Origin: an uncultured Gammaproteobacteria bacterium
Lineage (GTDB): Bacteria > Pseudomonadota > Gammaproteobacteria > UBA9214
Length of the DNA: 64,000 nucleotides
Assembly (NCBI GenBank): GCA_963763115.1
Contig: CAVXNM010000078.1
Span: 21,477-85,476 of the forward strand
Direction: 5' to 3'
A program made the translations under genes and the position numbers. This document shows positions 12,148 to 21,747 of the stretch, in pieces. Positions within the stretch are counted from its first letter, which is position 1. Every line of letters starts with the position of its first letter. The notes beneath the pieces are model-generated. The model saw only the letters and a program-made list of their open reading frames with translations. It was not told where the DNA came from and did not search any database.

Positions 12148-13956
12148 CTACAGCTCCGGGCCCATGCTGAAATGGATGCGGAACAGGTCCTTGCTGTCGG
12201 TCAGCGGATGGGCGATATCCAGGCGCACCGGGCCGACCGGGGAGCGCCAGCGGATGCCGAAACCGACACCGGTGTGTGGATCGACATGGGTCTGGTCGAA
12301 GGCATTGCCGGAATCCGCGAACAGCGCCACCGCCCATTTATCCACCAGCAGGCGTTCCAGTTCCACGCTGCCGACCAGCAAGTTGCGGCCGCCCACCACG
12401 TCGCCGTTGCTGTCCTTCGGACCGAGCGACTGGTATGCGTAGCCGCGAATGCTGTTGTCGCCGCCGGCGAAGAAGCGCACCGAAGCGGGCAGCTCCTCGA
12501 AGGTTTTCATGGCCGTCGCCCCGACATCGAGGCGGGTGATCACCCGCAACCGCACCGGCAGGGCCAGCACCCCCTTGGCGTTTCCGATCGCCTGGGCAAA
12601 GCTGACGTCGGAAACGATCTGCTCGGCGGCGCCGCGCAGCTTGAGACCCAGCCGCGCCCCTTTGCGTGGATAGAGCCGGTCGTCGGCCATCACCCTCGAC
12701 CAGCCGATGCCGGGCATCAGCACGGTGGATTTGCCCTTGTCGTTGCCCACCTCGAATTCCTCGTGACCGAGGGTGAGCGAACGCTCCTTGCTCCAGCCCT
12801 CGTTCGGCACGCGGTACCAGGTGACGGAGGTCGCGGTGGTGTCCGATTTCGAGGTGTCGGTGTCCTCGTGTCTGTAGCCAGTCTCGAATTTCAGCTTGTC
12901 GGTCACCGGGTTCTTCAGCGGGATGGTGTAGGCGGCCGTGATCTGCGACAGCACTTTGGAGACCGAGGTTTCCGCCGAGAACACGTGTCCCGCACGGTTG
13001 ACCCGCCGGTTCTGGTAGCCGACGCCGACGCGCGGCCCGGTGTCGGTCGCATAGCCGATCTTGCCGGTGTAGCGGTTGCGCTTGGACGGGCTCAGCACCA
13101 GTTCGGTCGGTATCGCGTCGTCGGCGGCCTCGTCGATATGGGACTGCACGTAGGCGTTGCGGAAATAGCCGCTGCCGGCCAGCGCGCGCGTGGTCCGTGT
13201 GAGCAGGGTCGCGTCGTAGGGCTTACCCTCCTCGTAGGCGAGAAAGCGGTCCAGCAACTGCGGATCGATGATGTCCTGTTCGCGGCGGATCGGTCCGAAG
13301 GAAAAACGCGGACCGGACTCGTAGTGCAGGATGATGTCGGCCGTTCCCTGCATTGGGTCGACGCGCAGTTCGTTCTGTGTGTAGCGGCCCCCGACATAGC
13401 CGCGGGTGCTGGCCAGTTCCGCGATGCGCCGCTTGAGGTCGGTGTAGACATCCTGGCGCAGCGGCTGCCCGGCCCGGGCCATGGCCTTGCGCACCAGCGG
13501 ATCGAAGGCGGCATCGGTGGCGGCGGCGCCGAGGAGCGTGACATCGATAATGCCGAAGTTGACCCGCGGCCCGGGCGTGATGGTGAATACGGCTTTCCAG
13601 CAGGCGTCCTCCCCCGCGGCCGGCTCGAAGCGGCGGTCGACCCTCGACTGGTAGTAGCCGAAGGCCTGCAGGGCGTCGCGCACCTCGCGGTCAGACTGCC
13701 TGAGCCGCCCGCGCAGGCGCCACAGTGGCGCATCGCAGCTTTCCTTGTAAAGCGAGAGGTAGGCGCGAACGTTGGCGGCGACCTCGCCCTCGACGCCCTC
13801 GATGACGATGGCCGGGGACGGCGCGGATCGGACGGGCAGCGCAAGCAGCAGCGTCAGCAGCAGGCCAAACGCCGGGCCGCTGTAGCGCAGGCTCACGCCC
13901 CGCACGCGAATTCCCGGACTCCGCCTCCCGTCGATACGGCCTGTCACGCCGGGCAT
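12148..13956 (-). CDS. tamA: translocation and assembly module outer-membrane subunit TamA (Omp85 family)
   Basis: POTRA repeats plus a C-terminal Omp85 barrel ending HFSMGPEL-type. The start is uncertain. A signal peptide LLLTLLLALPVRSA sits about 40 aa in. Confidence 0.8.
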   Translation of the reverse strand: MPGVTGRIDGRRSPGIRVRGVSLRYSGPAFGLLLTLLLALPVRSAPSPAIVIEGVEGEVAANVRAYLSLYKESCDAPLWRLRGRLRQSDREVRDALQAFGYYQSRVDRRFEPAAGEDACWKAVFTITPGPRVNFGIIDVTLLGAAATDAAFDPLVRKAMARAGQPLRQDVYTDLKRRIAELASTRGYVGGRYTQNELRVDPMQGTADIILHYESGPRFSFGPIRREQDIIDPQLLDRFLAYEEGKPYDATLLTRTTRALAGSGYFRNAYVQSHIDEAADDAIPTELVLSPSKRNRYTGKIGYATDTGPRVGVGYQNRRVNRAGHVFSAETSVSKVLSQITAAYTIPLKNPVTDKLKFETGYRHEDTDTSKSDTTATSVTWYRVPNEGWSKERSLTLGHEEFEVGNDKGKSTVLMPGIGWSRVMADDRLYPRKGARLGLKLRGAAEQIVSDVSFAQAIGNAKGVLALPVRLRVITRLDVGATAMKTFEELPASVRFFAGGDNSIRGYAYQSLGPKDSNGDVVGGRNLLVGSVELERLLVDKWAVALFADSGNAFDQTHVDPHTGVGFGIRWRSPVGPVRLDIAHPLTDSKDLFRIHFSMGPEL

Positions 13957-14038
13957 GTCACCGCCTGGCGCCTGTCCCGGGAACAGAGGCGGTGTCGCGG
14001 TGCTTGCGCGGCAGGTTCGTCATGACGCAGGCCGGCGC

Positions 14039-16402
14039 CTAGGCGTCGGGCGGCTTGCCGGCAGGGGTCACCGCTCCCGCAGGCGGAGCGTTGCGGAAAT
14101 GCAGATCGCGCTGCGGGAAGGGTATCTCGATGCCGGCCTCGCGTAACGCGGCATCGATAGCCACGTTCAGATCGCTGCGGGTCTGCAGGCGCCGGTCCAC
14201 GTCGCGGATGAAGCAGCGCAGCTCGAAATCAAGCGAACTGTCGCCAAAACCGAGAAACAGGACCCTCGGTTCAGGGATGCCGGGATAATTGTTTATCACC
14301 TGGGGGTGCTTGTTCGCCAGGTCGACCAGGATCTGCATGACCCTGGCGATATCCGATCCGTAGGCCACCCCCACCGGCACCTTCACGCGTCCCCAGGGAT
14401 CGGTCAGCATCCAGTTGGTCACCTGTCCGGCGATCAGTTCCGAGTTCGGGACGATCACATCGGCCCGGTCGAAGGTCTGGATCTGCGTCGAACGGATGCT
14501 GATCTTCTTCACGTAACCTTCCGTGTTCCCGACCACGATCCAGTCGCCGGTGCGGATGGGACGCTCCACCAGCAGGATCAGGCCGGAGACGAAATTGTTG
14601 ACGATGTTCTGCAGACCAAAACCGATGCCGACCGAGAGCGCGCCGGCGATGATTGCCAGATTGGTGAACTCCACGCCGGCCACGGAGAGCGCCACCAGGA
14701 TAGCCAAGGCGATACCCACATACCCCGAGGTGGTCACGGCCGCATCGCGCGCCCCGTGGTCCAAGCGTGACTTGTTGAGCCAGTTCTGTTCCAGCTGGCG
14801 CTTGAACCAGCTGTTGACCGACACCAGCACCGAGAACAGGGCAATCGCCATGACCACGCGCAGCGGCGCCACGTGCAGGCTCCCGATGTCGAAGCCCTCG
14901 ACGACGTACTGCACCGCCGCGGCGTAGGCTTCGTCCGAGTAACCCCAGATGCGGAACAGCAGCAGCAGGAACCCGCCCCACAGTATCAGGTGAGTCATGG
15001 CCCGTAACCACACCAGCCCCGGCACGAATTCCCCGGCTTTCAGGCCGAAGCGGCTCCTGAAGCGCTGCTGCCACTGGTATCGACCCTCGTCCATGCCGTC
15101 ATAGAGTTCGTTCATGACCCGCGCGAGCAGGAAAATGATCGCGAACAGCAACAGGGTATTGACCAGCCCCCCGATAATCAGGCCGGAAAGATTACGGTAA
15201 CCGGCCCACTCCGCGATCAGACCCGCCAGCAGCGCCAGGATAATCAGCAGGCGCACCGGCGCGGTGTGGCGCCACACGGGCAGTTCACCCACCAGCCACA
15301 GGACCCAGCCGAGATTGATCACCAGCACGGTGCTGAAGACGGTCCGGGTGAGCAACAGCGCCGCATCCGGCAGCTGCTGCAACAGAATGGTGGAAAAAAT
15401 GAAAAAACCGATCAGCAGCAGGGTCGCGAGGACGTACAGACGATGGGCGAGTGCGTGGCAGACGTATTCCGGAACCGGCAGATAGAGGCTGGCCGGCGAC
15501 GGGGGATTGAACAGTCCACGCACCACCACCAAGGTCAGCACATAGAAGGTGAACCCCAGGCAGAGCAGCAGCACATTGGGGAGCGGTTCGATGCCTTGCA
15601 GCAGCACCAGCAGCGAACCACTGGCAACGCCCAGTGGCAGCAGCCAGGGTAGGTAGTGGGCCAGTGCGGCGCCAAAGGCGACCGTGGCCAGGAAAATCAG
15701 ATCGTCCTTGTCTGTCGGCTGGGGCAGCACGGCGAGCAGTCGGCGCTTGCCGAATTGTCCCAGCGCGGCGCCCAGCAGGACCAGGAAGACCAGCAGCACC
15801 CACTGCAGGCCGCCAACCCGTTCCAGCCCGCGCGTATCGATGATGAAGGCCTTCACGGCAGCCAGCCACTCGTCGACCTCGCCCCAGTCGTCCTGCATCA
15901 GGTCGGTAAAGGCCCGGTCGCGGGCCATGATCTGCCGCTTGAAGGCCAACTTCTGCTGCTCCGCGATCGTGGCGGCGAGTTCATCGGCATTGACGCGCAA
16001 CAGGCGACAGATGGTTTGCTTCTTCTCGATCGCGCTTTTGTTCTTTTCCAGATCGCCCCGTGCCCTGGTGACCGTCAGGTCCTCTCCCGGCACTGCGGCA
16101 CCCAACGCCTCAAGGTCATGGGCCGCCTTCCTGCTCTGCTGCCCGGCCTCGTCGATACAGGCCTGCGCCTGCTTCTGGATGCGATCGACATCCTGCCTCA
16201 TCGCATCGTAGCGATCATCGGTCGTGATGCCCTGCGCCAGTTCCTGCTTGATATCGCGCAGCTGCTGTTCGGCGATTGATACCAGTGTATCTTCGGCCAT
16301 GGCACTGCCGGGGAACCAGGGCACGCACAGCACCAGCAGGACATACCACAGAACCATTACAGGCTGGTGACGGAAGGGATTTATCGAATGACTGCCGATC
16401 AT
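14039..16402 (-). CDS. mechanosensitive channel MscK/KefA family (large periplasmic N-domain + MscS domain)
   Basis: 787-aa protein with an N-terminal signal and coiled-coil, multiple TM helices, and a C-terminal MscS core (GALSVGIGFGLQNIVNNFVSGLILLVERPIRTGDWI). Confidence 0.8.
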   Translation of the reverse strand: MIGSHSINPFRHQPVMVLWYVLLVLCVPWFPGSAMAEDTLVSIAEQQLRDIKQELAQGITTDDRYDAMRQDVDRIQKQAQACIDEAGQQSRKAAHDLEALGAAVPGEDLTVTRARGDLEKNKSAIEKKQTICRLLRVNADELAATIAEQQKLAFKRQIMARDRAFTDLMQDDWGEVDEWLAAVKAFIIDTRGLERVGGLQWVLLVFLVLLGAALGQFGKRRLLAVLPQPTDKDDLIFLATVAFGAALAHYLPWLLPLGVASGSLLVLLQGIEPLPNVLLLCLGFTFYVLTLVVVRGLFNPPSPASLYLPVPEYVCHALAHRLYVLATLLLIGFFIFSTILLQQLPDAALLLTRTVFSTVLVINLGWVLWLVGELPVWRHTAPVRLLIILALLAGLIAEWAGYRNLSGLIIGGLVNTLLLFAIIFLLARVMNELYDGMDEGRYQWQQRFRSRFGLKAGEFVPGLVWLRAMTHLILWGGFLLLLFRIWGYSDEAYAAAVQYVVEGFDIGSLHVAPLRVVMAIALFSVLVSVNSWFKRQLEQNWLNKSRLDHGARDAAVTTSGYVGIALAILVALSVAGVEFTNLAIIAGALSVGIGFGLQNIVNNFVSGLILLVERPIRTGDWIVVGNTEGYVKKISIRSTQIQTFDRADVIVPNSELIAGQVTNWMLTDPWGRVKVPVGVAYGSDIARVMQILVDLANKHPQVINNYPGIPEPRVLFLGFGDSSLDFELRCFIRDVDRRLQTRSDLNVAIDAALREAGIEIPFPQRDLHFRNAPPAGAVTPAGKPPDA

Positions 16403-16616
16403 GTCATCATCGCAGGTTTGAAAAAGGGATACATGACCGCCGTGTATCCGTCAGACGCCGCGGGCAAGCTGACCGTAGCGCGCTCCGGAAGGTCGGACAG
16501 TGGTTTTGGCACCGCCTCCACGCAGTCATTGGAGAGTCCTGCAGGCAAGGGTGCAGGAAAAACATCCCGTGAACGGGTTTGCCGGGAGGACCTTACGCTG
16601 ATTGCGTCGGTCCCGG

Positions 16617-16934
16617 CTATTCGACCACGGCTCCGGGTTCCTGTTCGCCGGCGTCCCCTGTGTCCTGTTCGTCGGCAGCGGGCACATCGGCATCAACGGG
16701 CGGATCTTCCGCCTCCGGTGCCACCTCCGGCATACCACCATTGGCCAGAACACAGCCGCTCACATATTCCTCGACCTGCTCCGGTGCGACGTCATAATCC
16801 TGGGCTTCGCGCCGACATTGTGACTGAATATTGGCGTATTCCTGCGCGTCGAGCGCCATCACGGCCGGCGAAACCGGTAACATTCCGGCCAGCGCCAGCG
16901 TAGCGGCCATTCCGGACATCTTGAATGTAGACAT
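16617..16934 (-). CDS. small secreted acidic hypothetical protein
   Basis: Signal peptide (MAATLALAGMLPVSPAVMA), two Cys and a Glu/Asp-rich tail. No family recognised. Confidence 0.3.
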   Translation of the reverse strand: MSTFKMSGMAATLALAGMLPVSPAVMALDAQEYANIQSQCRREAQDYDVAPEQVEEYVSGCVLANGGMPEVAPEAEDPPVDADVPAADEQDTGDAGEQEPGAVVE

Positions 16935-17231
16935 CGTTAACCCCCTTCGAACGGTCGATTCTACTGTCGCCCGTATAGACCGGACTCAGTATCATGGCAA
17001 TCATACATCAGGATAATAGCTGGAGGTTGAACCCGCGTGATCCCGGCGCAGTACACAGACATCGATCAGTGACTATTCCGCGTACTTCCGTGGCCTTATA
17101 GACGTCAACAGCGGCGATACCCCCTTAAGTATGCGCCATCAGGCTTCGATCCCTCTGTGCTATCTTATTAACCCTGACCCCGGGCAGAGACCGTTCCGGC
17201 AACCCCGCACACACAGCCGACCACTGCCACG

Positions 17232-17714
17232 ATGAGTAATAGCGCAACCACCGGCCTGGCCGCCATCGGATGGCGTGAATGGCTGTCGCTCCCGCAACTG
17301 GGAATACCGCATCTCAAGGCGAAGGTGGATACCGGCGCGCGCACCTCGGCCCTGCATGCCTGCTACGTGGAACCGTACCGCGCGCGGGGCATCCGGATGG
17401 TACGCTTCGGCATCCACCCTCTGCAGCGGCGCACGGACATTTTCATCGAGTGCAACGCAGCGGTGCTCGACCGGCGCGATGTGACGGATTCAGGCGGCCA
17501 CCGGGAGAAGCGCTACGTGATCGAGACGCCGGCCGAACTGGGTGATGTTACCTGGCCGCTCGAGCTGACGCTGACCAACCGCGACAGCATGCGCTTTCGC
17601 ATGCTGCTGGGACGCACCGCCATGGAAGACCGATTCGTCGTCATTCCGTCCGCCTCCTATCTGCTCGGCAGGCGGCCCACCCGCGACCGGCACCCGGCAA
17701 AAAGCCGGCGCTGA
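17232..17714 (+). CDS. retropepsin-like aspartic protease (RimK-associated 'ATP-dependent zinc protease' family, pfam Zn_protease)
   Basis: DTGARTSALHA catalytic motif. About 160 aa, as in the family. No rimK in the vicinity. Confidence 0.6.
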   Translation: MSNSATTGLAAIGWREWLSLPQLGIPHLKAKVDTGARTSALHACYVEPYRARGIRMVRFGIHPLQRRTDIFIECNAAVLDRRDVTDSGGHREKRYVIETPAELGDVTWPLELTLTNRDSMRFRMLLGRTAMEDRFVVIPSASYLLGRRPTRDRHPAKSRR

Positions 17715-17734
17715 CCAGACGCGGGTCCGTCGCA

Positions 17735-18664
17735 TCACCGGAATGCAACGCTTTCATCCAGGCTGTGCGGGTCCTTGTGTATAAGGATATCCGCCTCGGG
17801 ATGAATTTCCCTGATGCTGGTCTCAACCTCATCGGCGATCTCGTGAGCGTCGAACAGCGACAGCTCGTCATCGAGTACCAGATGCATCTGGATGAAGATG
17901 TCATGTCCCGATCGGCGGGTGCGCAGATCATGAACACCATGCACCCGGCCATGGGCGAGCGCGGCCTGGCGGATGCGCTGGCGCTGCTCATCCGGCAGTT
18001 CCCGGTCCATCAGCAGCTGAAAAGCCTCTTGGCCGATGTGCCACGCACTGTAGAGAATGTAAGCTGCGATACCCAGGGCGAACAGCGCGTCGATACCCGG
18101 CCAGCCAAATCCCGACAGCAACAGCGCGATGATGATACTAACATTGACTAGCACGTCGGTGGTGTAGTGCAGGGCATCCGCCTTGATCGCCGTCGAGCCG
18201 GTCACCCGGATCACATGGCGCTGAAATATCAACAGCGCTAGGGTCGCCAGGATCGCGAATACCATGACCCCCACACCTATCCCTACATCCTCAAGCGGCC
18301 GCGGATGCAGCAGCCGGTCAAACGCCTGCAGTATCAGGAACACCGCCGAACCGGCGATGAAGGTCGTCTGGGCCAGTCCGGCCAGGGACTCGGCTTTGCC
18401 GTGGCCGAAGCGGTGTTCATGGTCGGCGGGCATTAGCGCGTAGCGCACGGCGAACAGGTTGATGAGCGAGGCGGCGACGTCCATCATGGAATCGACCAGG
18501 GAGGCCAGCACGCTGACCGAGCCGGTCATCAGCCAGGCGACCAGTTTGCCGGTGATCAGGATGGCGGCGGTTGCCACCGAAGCATAGGTGGCCTGGCGCA
18601 ACAGCCGGGAATGACGGGTGGTGTCGCTGGAATTCTCCATAGCAACAGGTTGTGAGTCATCCAT
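17735..18664 (-). CDS. fieF: cation diffusion facilitator family ferrous-iron/zinc efflux transporter
   Basis: Collinear with E. coli FieF/YiiP (TGSVSVLASLVDSMMDVAASL, HEHRFGHGKAES, HDLRTRRSGHDIFIQMHL). Start taken at MDDSQ. The longer ORF extension would overlap trxC. Confidence 0.85.
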   Translation of the reverse strand: MDDSQPVAMENSSDTTRHSRLLRQATYASVATAAILITGKLVAWLMTGSVSVLASLVDSMMDVAASLINLFAVRYALMPADHEHRFGHGKAESLAGLAQTTFIAGSAVFLILQAFDRLLHPRPLEDVGIGVGVMVFAILATLALLIFQRHVIRVTGSTAIKADALHYTTDVLVNVSIIIALLLSGFGWPGIDALFALGIAAYILYSAWHIGQEAFQLLMDRELPDEQRQRIRQAALAHGRVHGVHDLRTRRSGHDIFIQMHLVLDDELSLFDAHEIADEVETSIREIHPEADILIHKDPHSLDESVAFR

Positions 18665-18675
18665 GATAATTCGCT

Positions 18676-19116
18676 TCAGCCAGGCAGGTGTGAGCGGGTC
18701 CAGCGCACGATGTCCTGAGCACTCATGGCCCCCGCCTGGCGCGCCAGTTCCCGTCCCTGGTGAAACAGGGCCAGGGTCGGAATGCTGCGGATGCCGTACT
18801 GCGCGGCGATAGACTGCTCGACTTCGGTATTGAGTTTGGCCAGTCGCACCTGCGGTTCGAGCTGCGCCGCCGCCTGCACGAAGGCCGGCGCCATCATCTT
18901 GCAGGGCCCGCACCAGGGCGCCCAGAAATCGATCAGCACAGGAATGTCGTTGCGCTCCAGCTGTTTGTGGAAATCACCGCCGGTCAGTTCCAGCGGATGA
19001 GCGGCAAACAGCGGCTGACGGCATTTGCCGCACTTCGGACCATCGCCGAGTCGCGGCACGGGTATCCGGTTCACGGCGACGCATTGGGGACAGACAATGT
19101 GTAATGAGTCACTCAT
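18676..19116 (-). CDS. trxC: thioredoxin 2 (N-terminal zinc-finger thioredoxin)
   Basis: CPQC...CGKC zinc finger plus the WCGPC active site. 146 aa. Confidence 0.9.
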   Translation of the reverse strand: MSDSLHIVCPQCVAVNRIPVPRLGDGPKCGKCRQPLFAAHPLELTGGDFHKQLERNDIPVLIDFWAPWCGPCKMMAPAFVQAAAQLEPQVRLAKLNTEVEQSIAAQYGIRSIPTLALFHQGRELARQAGAMSAQDIVRWTRSHLPG

Positions 19117-19154
19117 GGGTTGCCTTCCTTTCAGAAAACGGTGGAGTGTGCACT

Positions 19155-19475
19155 TCAGCTACCCTCTTCGAGTCGCCGCAGTCGCGCGCGCAGGGATTCA
19201 AGTTCATCCAGCAGGTCCAGCACCAGCGCTACGCCGGCAACATTGATGTCCAGGTCACGCTGCAGATGCATGGCGATACGAGCGCGCCCCAGGCTGGGGC
19301 CGGAAAAACACCATTCACTCAGCTGGCGGCCCACCGGTTCCAGTACGCCTTCGTCGACCAGTTCGACGATGCGCTCTACCCGCACGGAACAGGCGCAGCT
19401 GAGTTCATCCAGCGTCAGGGTCGTGGTTTCGTCCAGAACGAAACCGTTAATCACAGGTCTCTTCTCGTCGCGCAT
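19155..19475 (-). CDS. cbpM: chaperone modulator CbpM (MerR-like)
   Basis: 106-aa protein immediately downstream of cbpA. LDELSCACSVRVERIVELVDEGVL resembles CbpM. Confidence 0.7.
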   Translation of the reverse strand: MRDEKRPVINGFVLDETTTLTLDELSCACSVRVERIVELVDEGVLEPVGRQLSEWCFSGPSLGRARIAMHLQRDLDINVAGVALVLDLLDELESLRARLRRLEEGS

Positions 19476-19481
19476 GGCTGC

Positions 19482-20414
19482 CTATACCCCCAGTCCGGTG
19501 CGTGGATTGAACGCCAGCTCCTGCTGCATCGTGCGGTATAACTGCCTGGCGGACTCGCTGTCCGCAGGAGGCAGGGCGATCTGCAGCACCACATAGAGGT
19601 CGCCCGCCGGTTTCCCCGGGATGCCGCGTCCCTTCAGGCGCAGCTTCCGACCCGCCGTCGAAGCTGAAGGAATCGTCAGGTCGACAATTCCCTCCGGCGT
19701 GGGAACCTTGACCCTGGCGCCCAGCGCCGCCTCCCAGGGAGCGAGCGGCAGGTCGAGATAGAGATCCCGCCCGTCTACCCGGTACAAGCGGTGCGACTTG
19801 AATTCCACATCCAGGTACAGATCACCGGCCACCCCGCCGCCGAATCCCGGCGTCCCCTGCCCGGCCAGCCGGATGTGCTGACCCTGCCTGACCCCCCGGG
19901 GTATGCGCACGTTCAGGGTTCGCTCCCGTGTCCGCACATGGCCTTGCCCGTCGAGCTGCGGAGCATGCAGGGTGATGGTGCGGGTCGCGCCATGGAAAGC
20001 ATCCTCCAGGTCAATCAGGATCCGCGCATGGTGGTCCTCGCCGCGGGCGCGAAAACCTGGTCCGCCGGCATGCCCCGCCCCGGCGTGCCCGAACAGGGAT
20101 TCGAAGAAATCGCTGAAGGCGCTCCCCTCCTGATAGCCGCCGCTGAACTCGAAACCGGCATCCCAGTCCGGGGGCGGCCGGAACTCCTGTCCCGCCTTCC
20201 AGTTGGCGCCCAGCTGGTCATAGGCGGCGCGTTTTTCCGGATCCTTGAGAACTTCGTAGGCCTCGCCCAGCTCCTTGAAGCGCGCTTCCGCATCCGCTTC
20301 ATTGCTGACGTCCGGATGATATTTGCGCGCGAGTTTGCGGTAGGCACGCTTGATCTCGTCCTGCGTGGCATCACGCGCGACACCCATGATGCCGTAATAG
20401 TCTTTGAACTCCAT
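19482..20414 (-). CDS. cbpA: curved-DNA-binding protein CbpA (DnaJ homolog)
   Basis: J-domain DYYGIMGV...KRAYRKLARKYHPD with no Zn-finger region. About 310 aa, matching CbpA rather than DnaJ. Confidence 0.88.
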   Translation of the reverse strand: MEFKDYYGIMGVARDATQDEIKRAYRKLARKYHPDVSNEADAEARFKELGEAYEVLKDPEKRAAYDQLGANWKAGQEFRPPPDWDAGFEFSGGYQEGSAFSDFFESLFGHAGAGHAGGPGFRARGEDHHARILIDLEDAFHGATRTITLHAPQLDGQGHVRTRERTLNVRIPRGVRQGQHIRLAGQGTPGFGGGVAGDLYLDVEFKSHRLYRVDGRDLYLDLPLAPWEAALGARVKVPTPEGIVDLTIPSASTAGRKLRLKGRGIPGKPAGDLYVVLQIALPPADSESARQLYRTMQQELAFNPRTGLGV

Positions 20415-20653
20415 GAAATACTCCCGCTTGCCGTCAGTCCACCACAGGCATCCAGGAGTTTACCGGTACGCAGTGCGTGGCGCATGGCCTTTATTCCCAT
20501 AAGATATTGGGGTGTAAGCCGGATTTTTCGAGTCTGCTGCGGGCCGACAGCTCCGTCATCACGTCAAATTATGAGAGAATTGCCACCGGCGGACAACCCG
20601 GCCGACACCACCGCCTGCCGGCCCGAACCCGCATTTGGAGGAGATAACAGACC

Positions 20654-21445
20654 ATGGCGACAAGAACCTTCACAGCGATTGTGACCCTGCTGACAACCCT
20701 GCTGCCGGCGCCACCCTGCCAGTCCGATACGACCATCCGGCTCGAGGGGTCGCGGGAAGCGGCAAATGCCGTCATCCAGGTCAAGGGCATCATGGCGCGC
20801 CTCACGCCTTCCGGCAAGCCTGCCTACGTGCTCTTCGACAAAAGCCGCAACCTCGCCATCTATGTCGATAGCGCCAGTAAAACCTATACCGAGGTCGACC
20901 GGCCGATGCTGGAGAAATACGCCGGGATGATTTCCAGCATGCGCCAGCAGCTGCAAATGCTGCCGCCCGCGCAACGCGCCCTGCTTGAACAGCACATGGG
21001 CGGACTGATGGGCATCCCCCGGGATGACGGTTTGCCCAACCTCGACCAGCTGCACAGTGTTGCGCACGGTACCCGCATCATCGCCGGCTTTCACTGTCAG
21101 CTGCACCTGCTGATGAAGGAACAGCAGGCCGTTGGTGACGTCTGCCTGAGTACCGCCGCCGAGGCGGGCATTTCCCCGGCCGACTTTTCCACCCTCATGG
21201 CCATGATGGATTTCATGCGGCAGGCGGCAGGCATAGCCCAGGAACTGACCGGCGGCCTGACCGAGAGTACCCGACTGCTGCTGAGCGGACTGCAGGGGGT
21301 ACCGGTTGCGGCCCGGGACTATCAGAGCCGCCAGCAGTTTACGGTAGCCGGCGTCTCCGGCCGGCTTCTGGATGCCGGCCTGTTCAATGGCTACCGCGGC
21401 TACCACAGGAAGGACTTGCTGGAAGCAATACCCCTGGGACAGTGA
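20654..21445 (+). CDS. hypothetical secreted protein (signal peptide)
   Basis: N-terminal signal/lipobox-like LLPAPPCQS. Protein-like composition. The opposite-strand ORF looks spurious. Confidence 0.45.
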   Translation: MATRTFTAIVTLLTTLLPAPPCQSDTTIRLEGSREAANAVIQVKGIMARLTPSGKPAYVLFDKSRNLAIYVDSASKTYTEVDRPMLEKYAGMISSMRQQLQMLPPAQRALLEQHMGGLMGIPRDDGLPNLDQLHSVAHGTRIIAGFHCQLHLLMKEQQAVGDVCLSTAAEAGISPADFSTLMAMMDFMRQAAGIAQELTGGLTESTRLLLSGLQGVPVAARDYQSRQQFTVAGVSGRLLDAGLFNGYRGYHRKDLLEAIPLGQ

Positions 21446-21747
21446 TCCACCGGTTCAGGAGCGGCGGACGCCGTCTGACACGTCCTCGGCTTTGCCCATA
21501 GCGAGTCTTCCTCACCATAATGGTGCATTTAGCACTCCAAGAAAACATCCGCCAGCACGACAGAAGAGTTTTTCTCGCCACCTCTTTGCACGGATGTACG
21601 GAGTAGGCATACTCGTCACGCTGTAGACCGTGTCCATATCCACGGTAACATACGGCGTACTGCAACAGGAGTTGCCGGATCGCCGTTTCATCAACGCATT
21701 ACGTCCGGCCACAACTGCGGTTGCACAACTCCGATGGGCTCGCATGC

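Noticed and set aside
20564-21406. Minus-strand 280-aa ORF overlapping the 20654-21445 plus-strand gene
   Set aside because: The plus-strand frame has a signal peptide and protein-like composition. The minus frame is Gly/Ala/Gln-rich filler.
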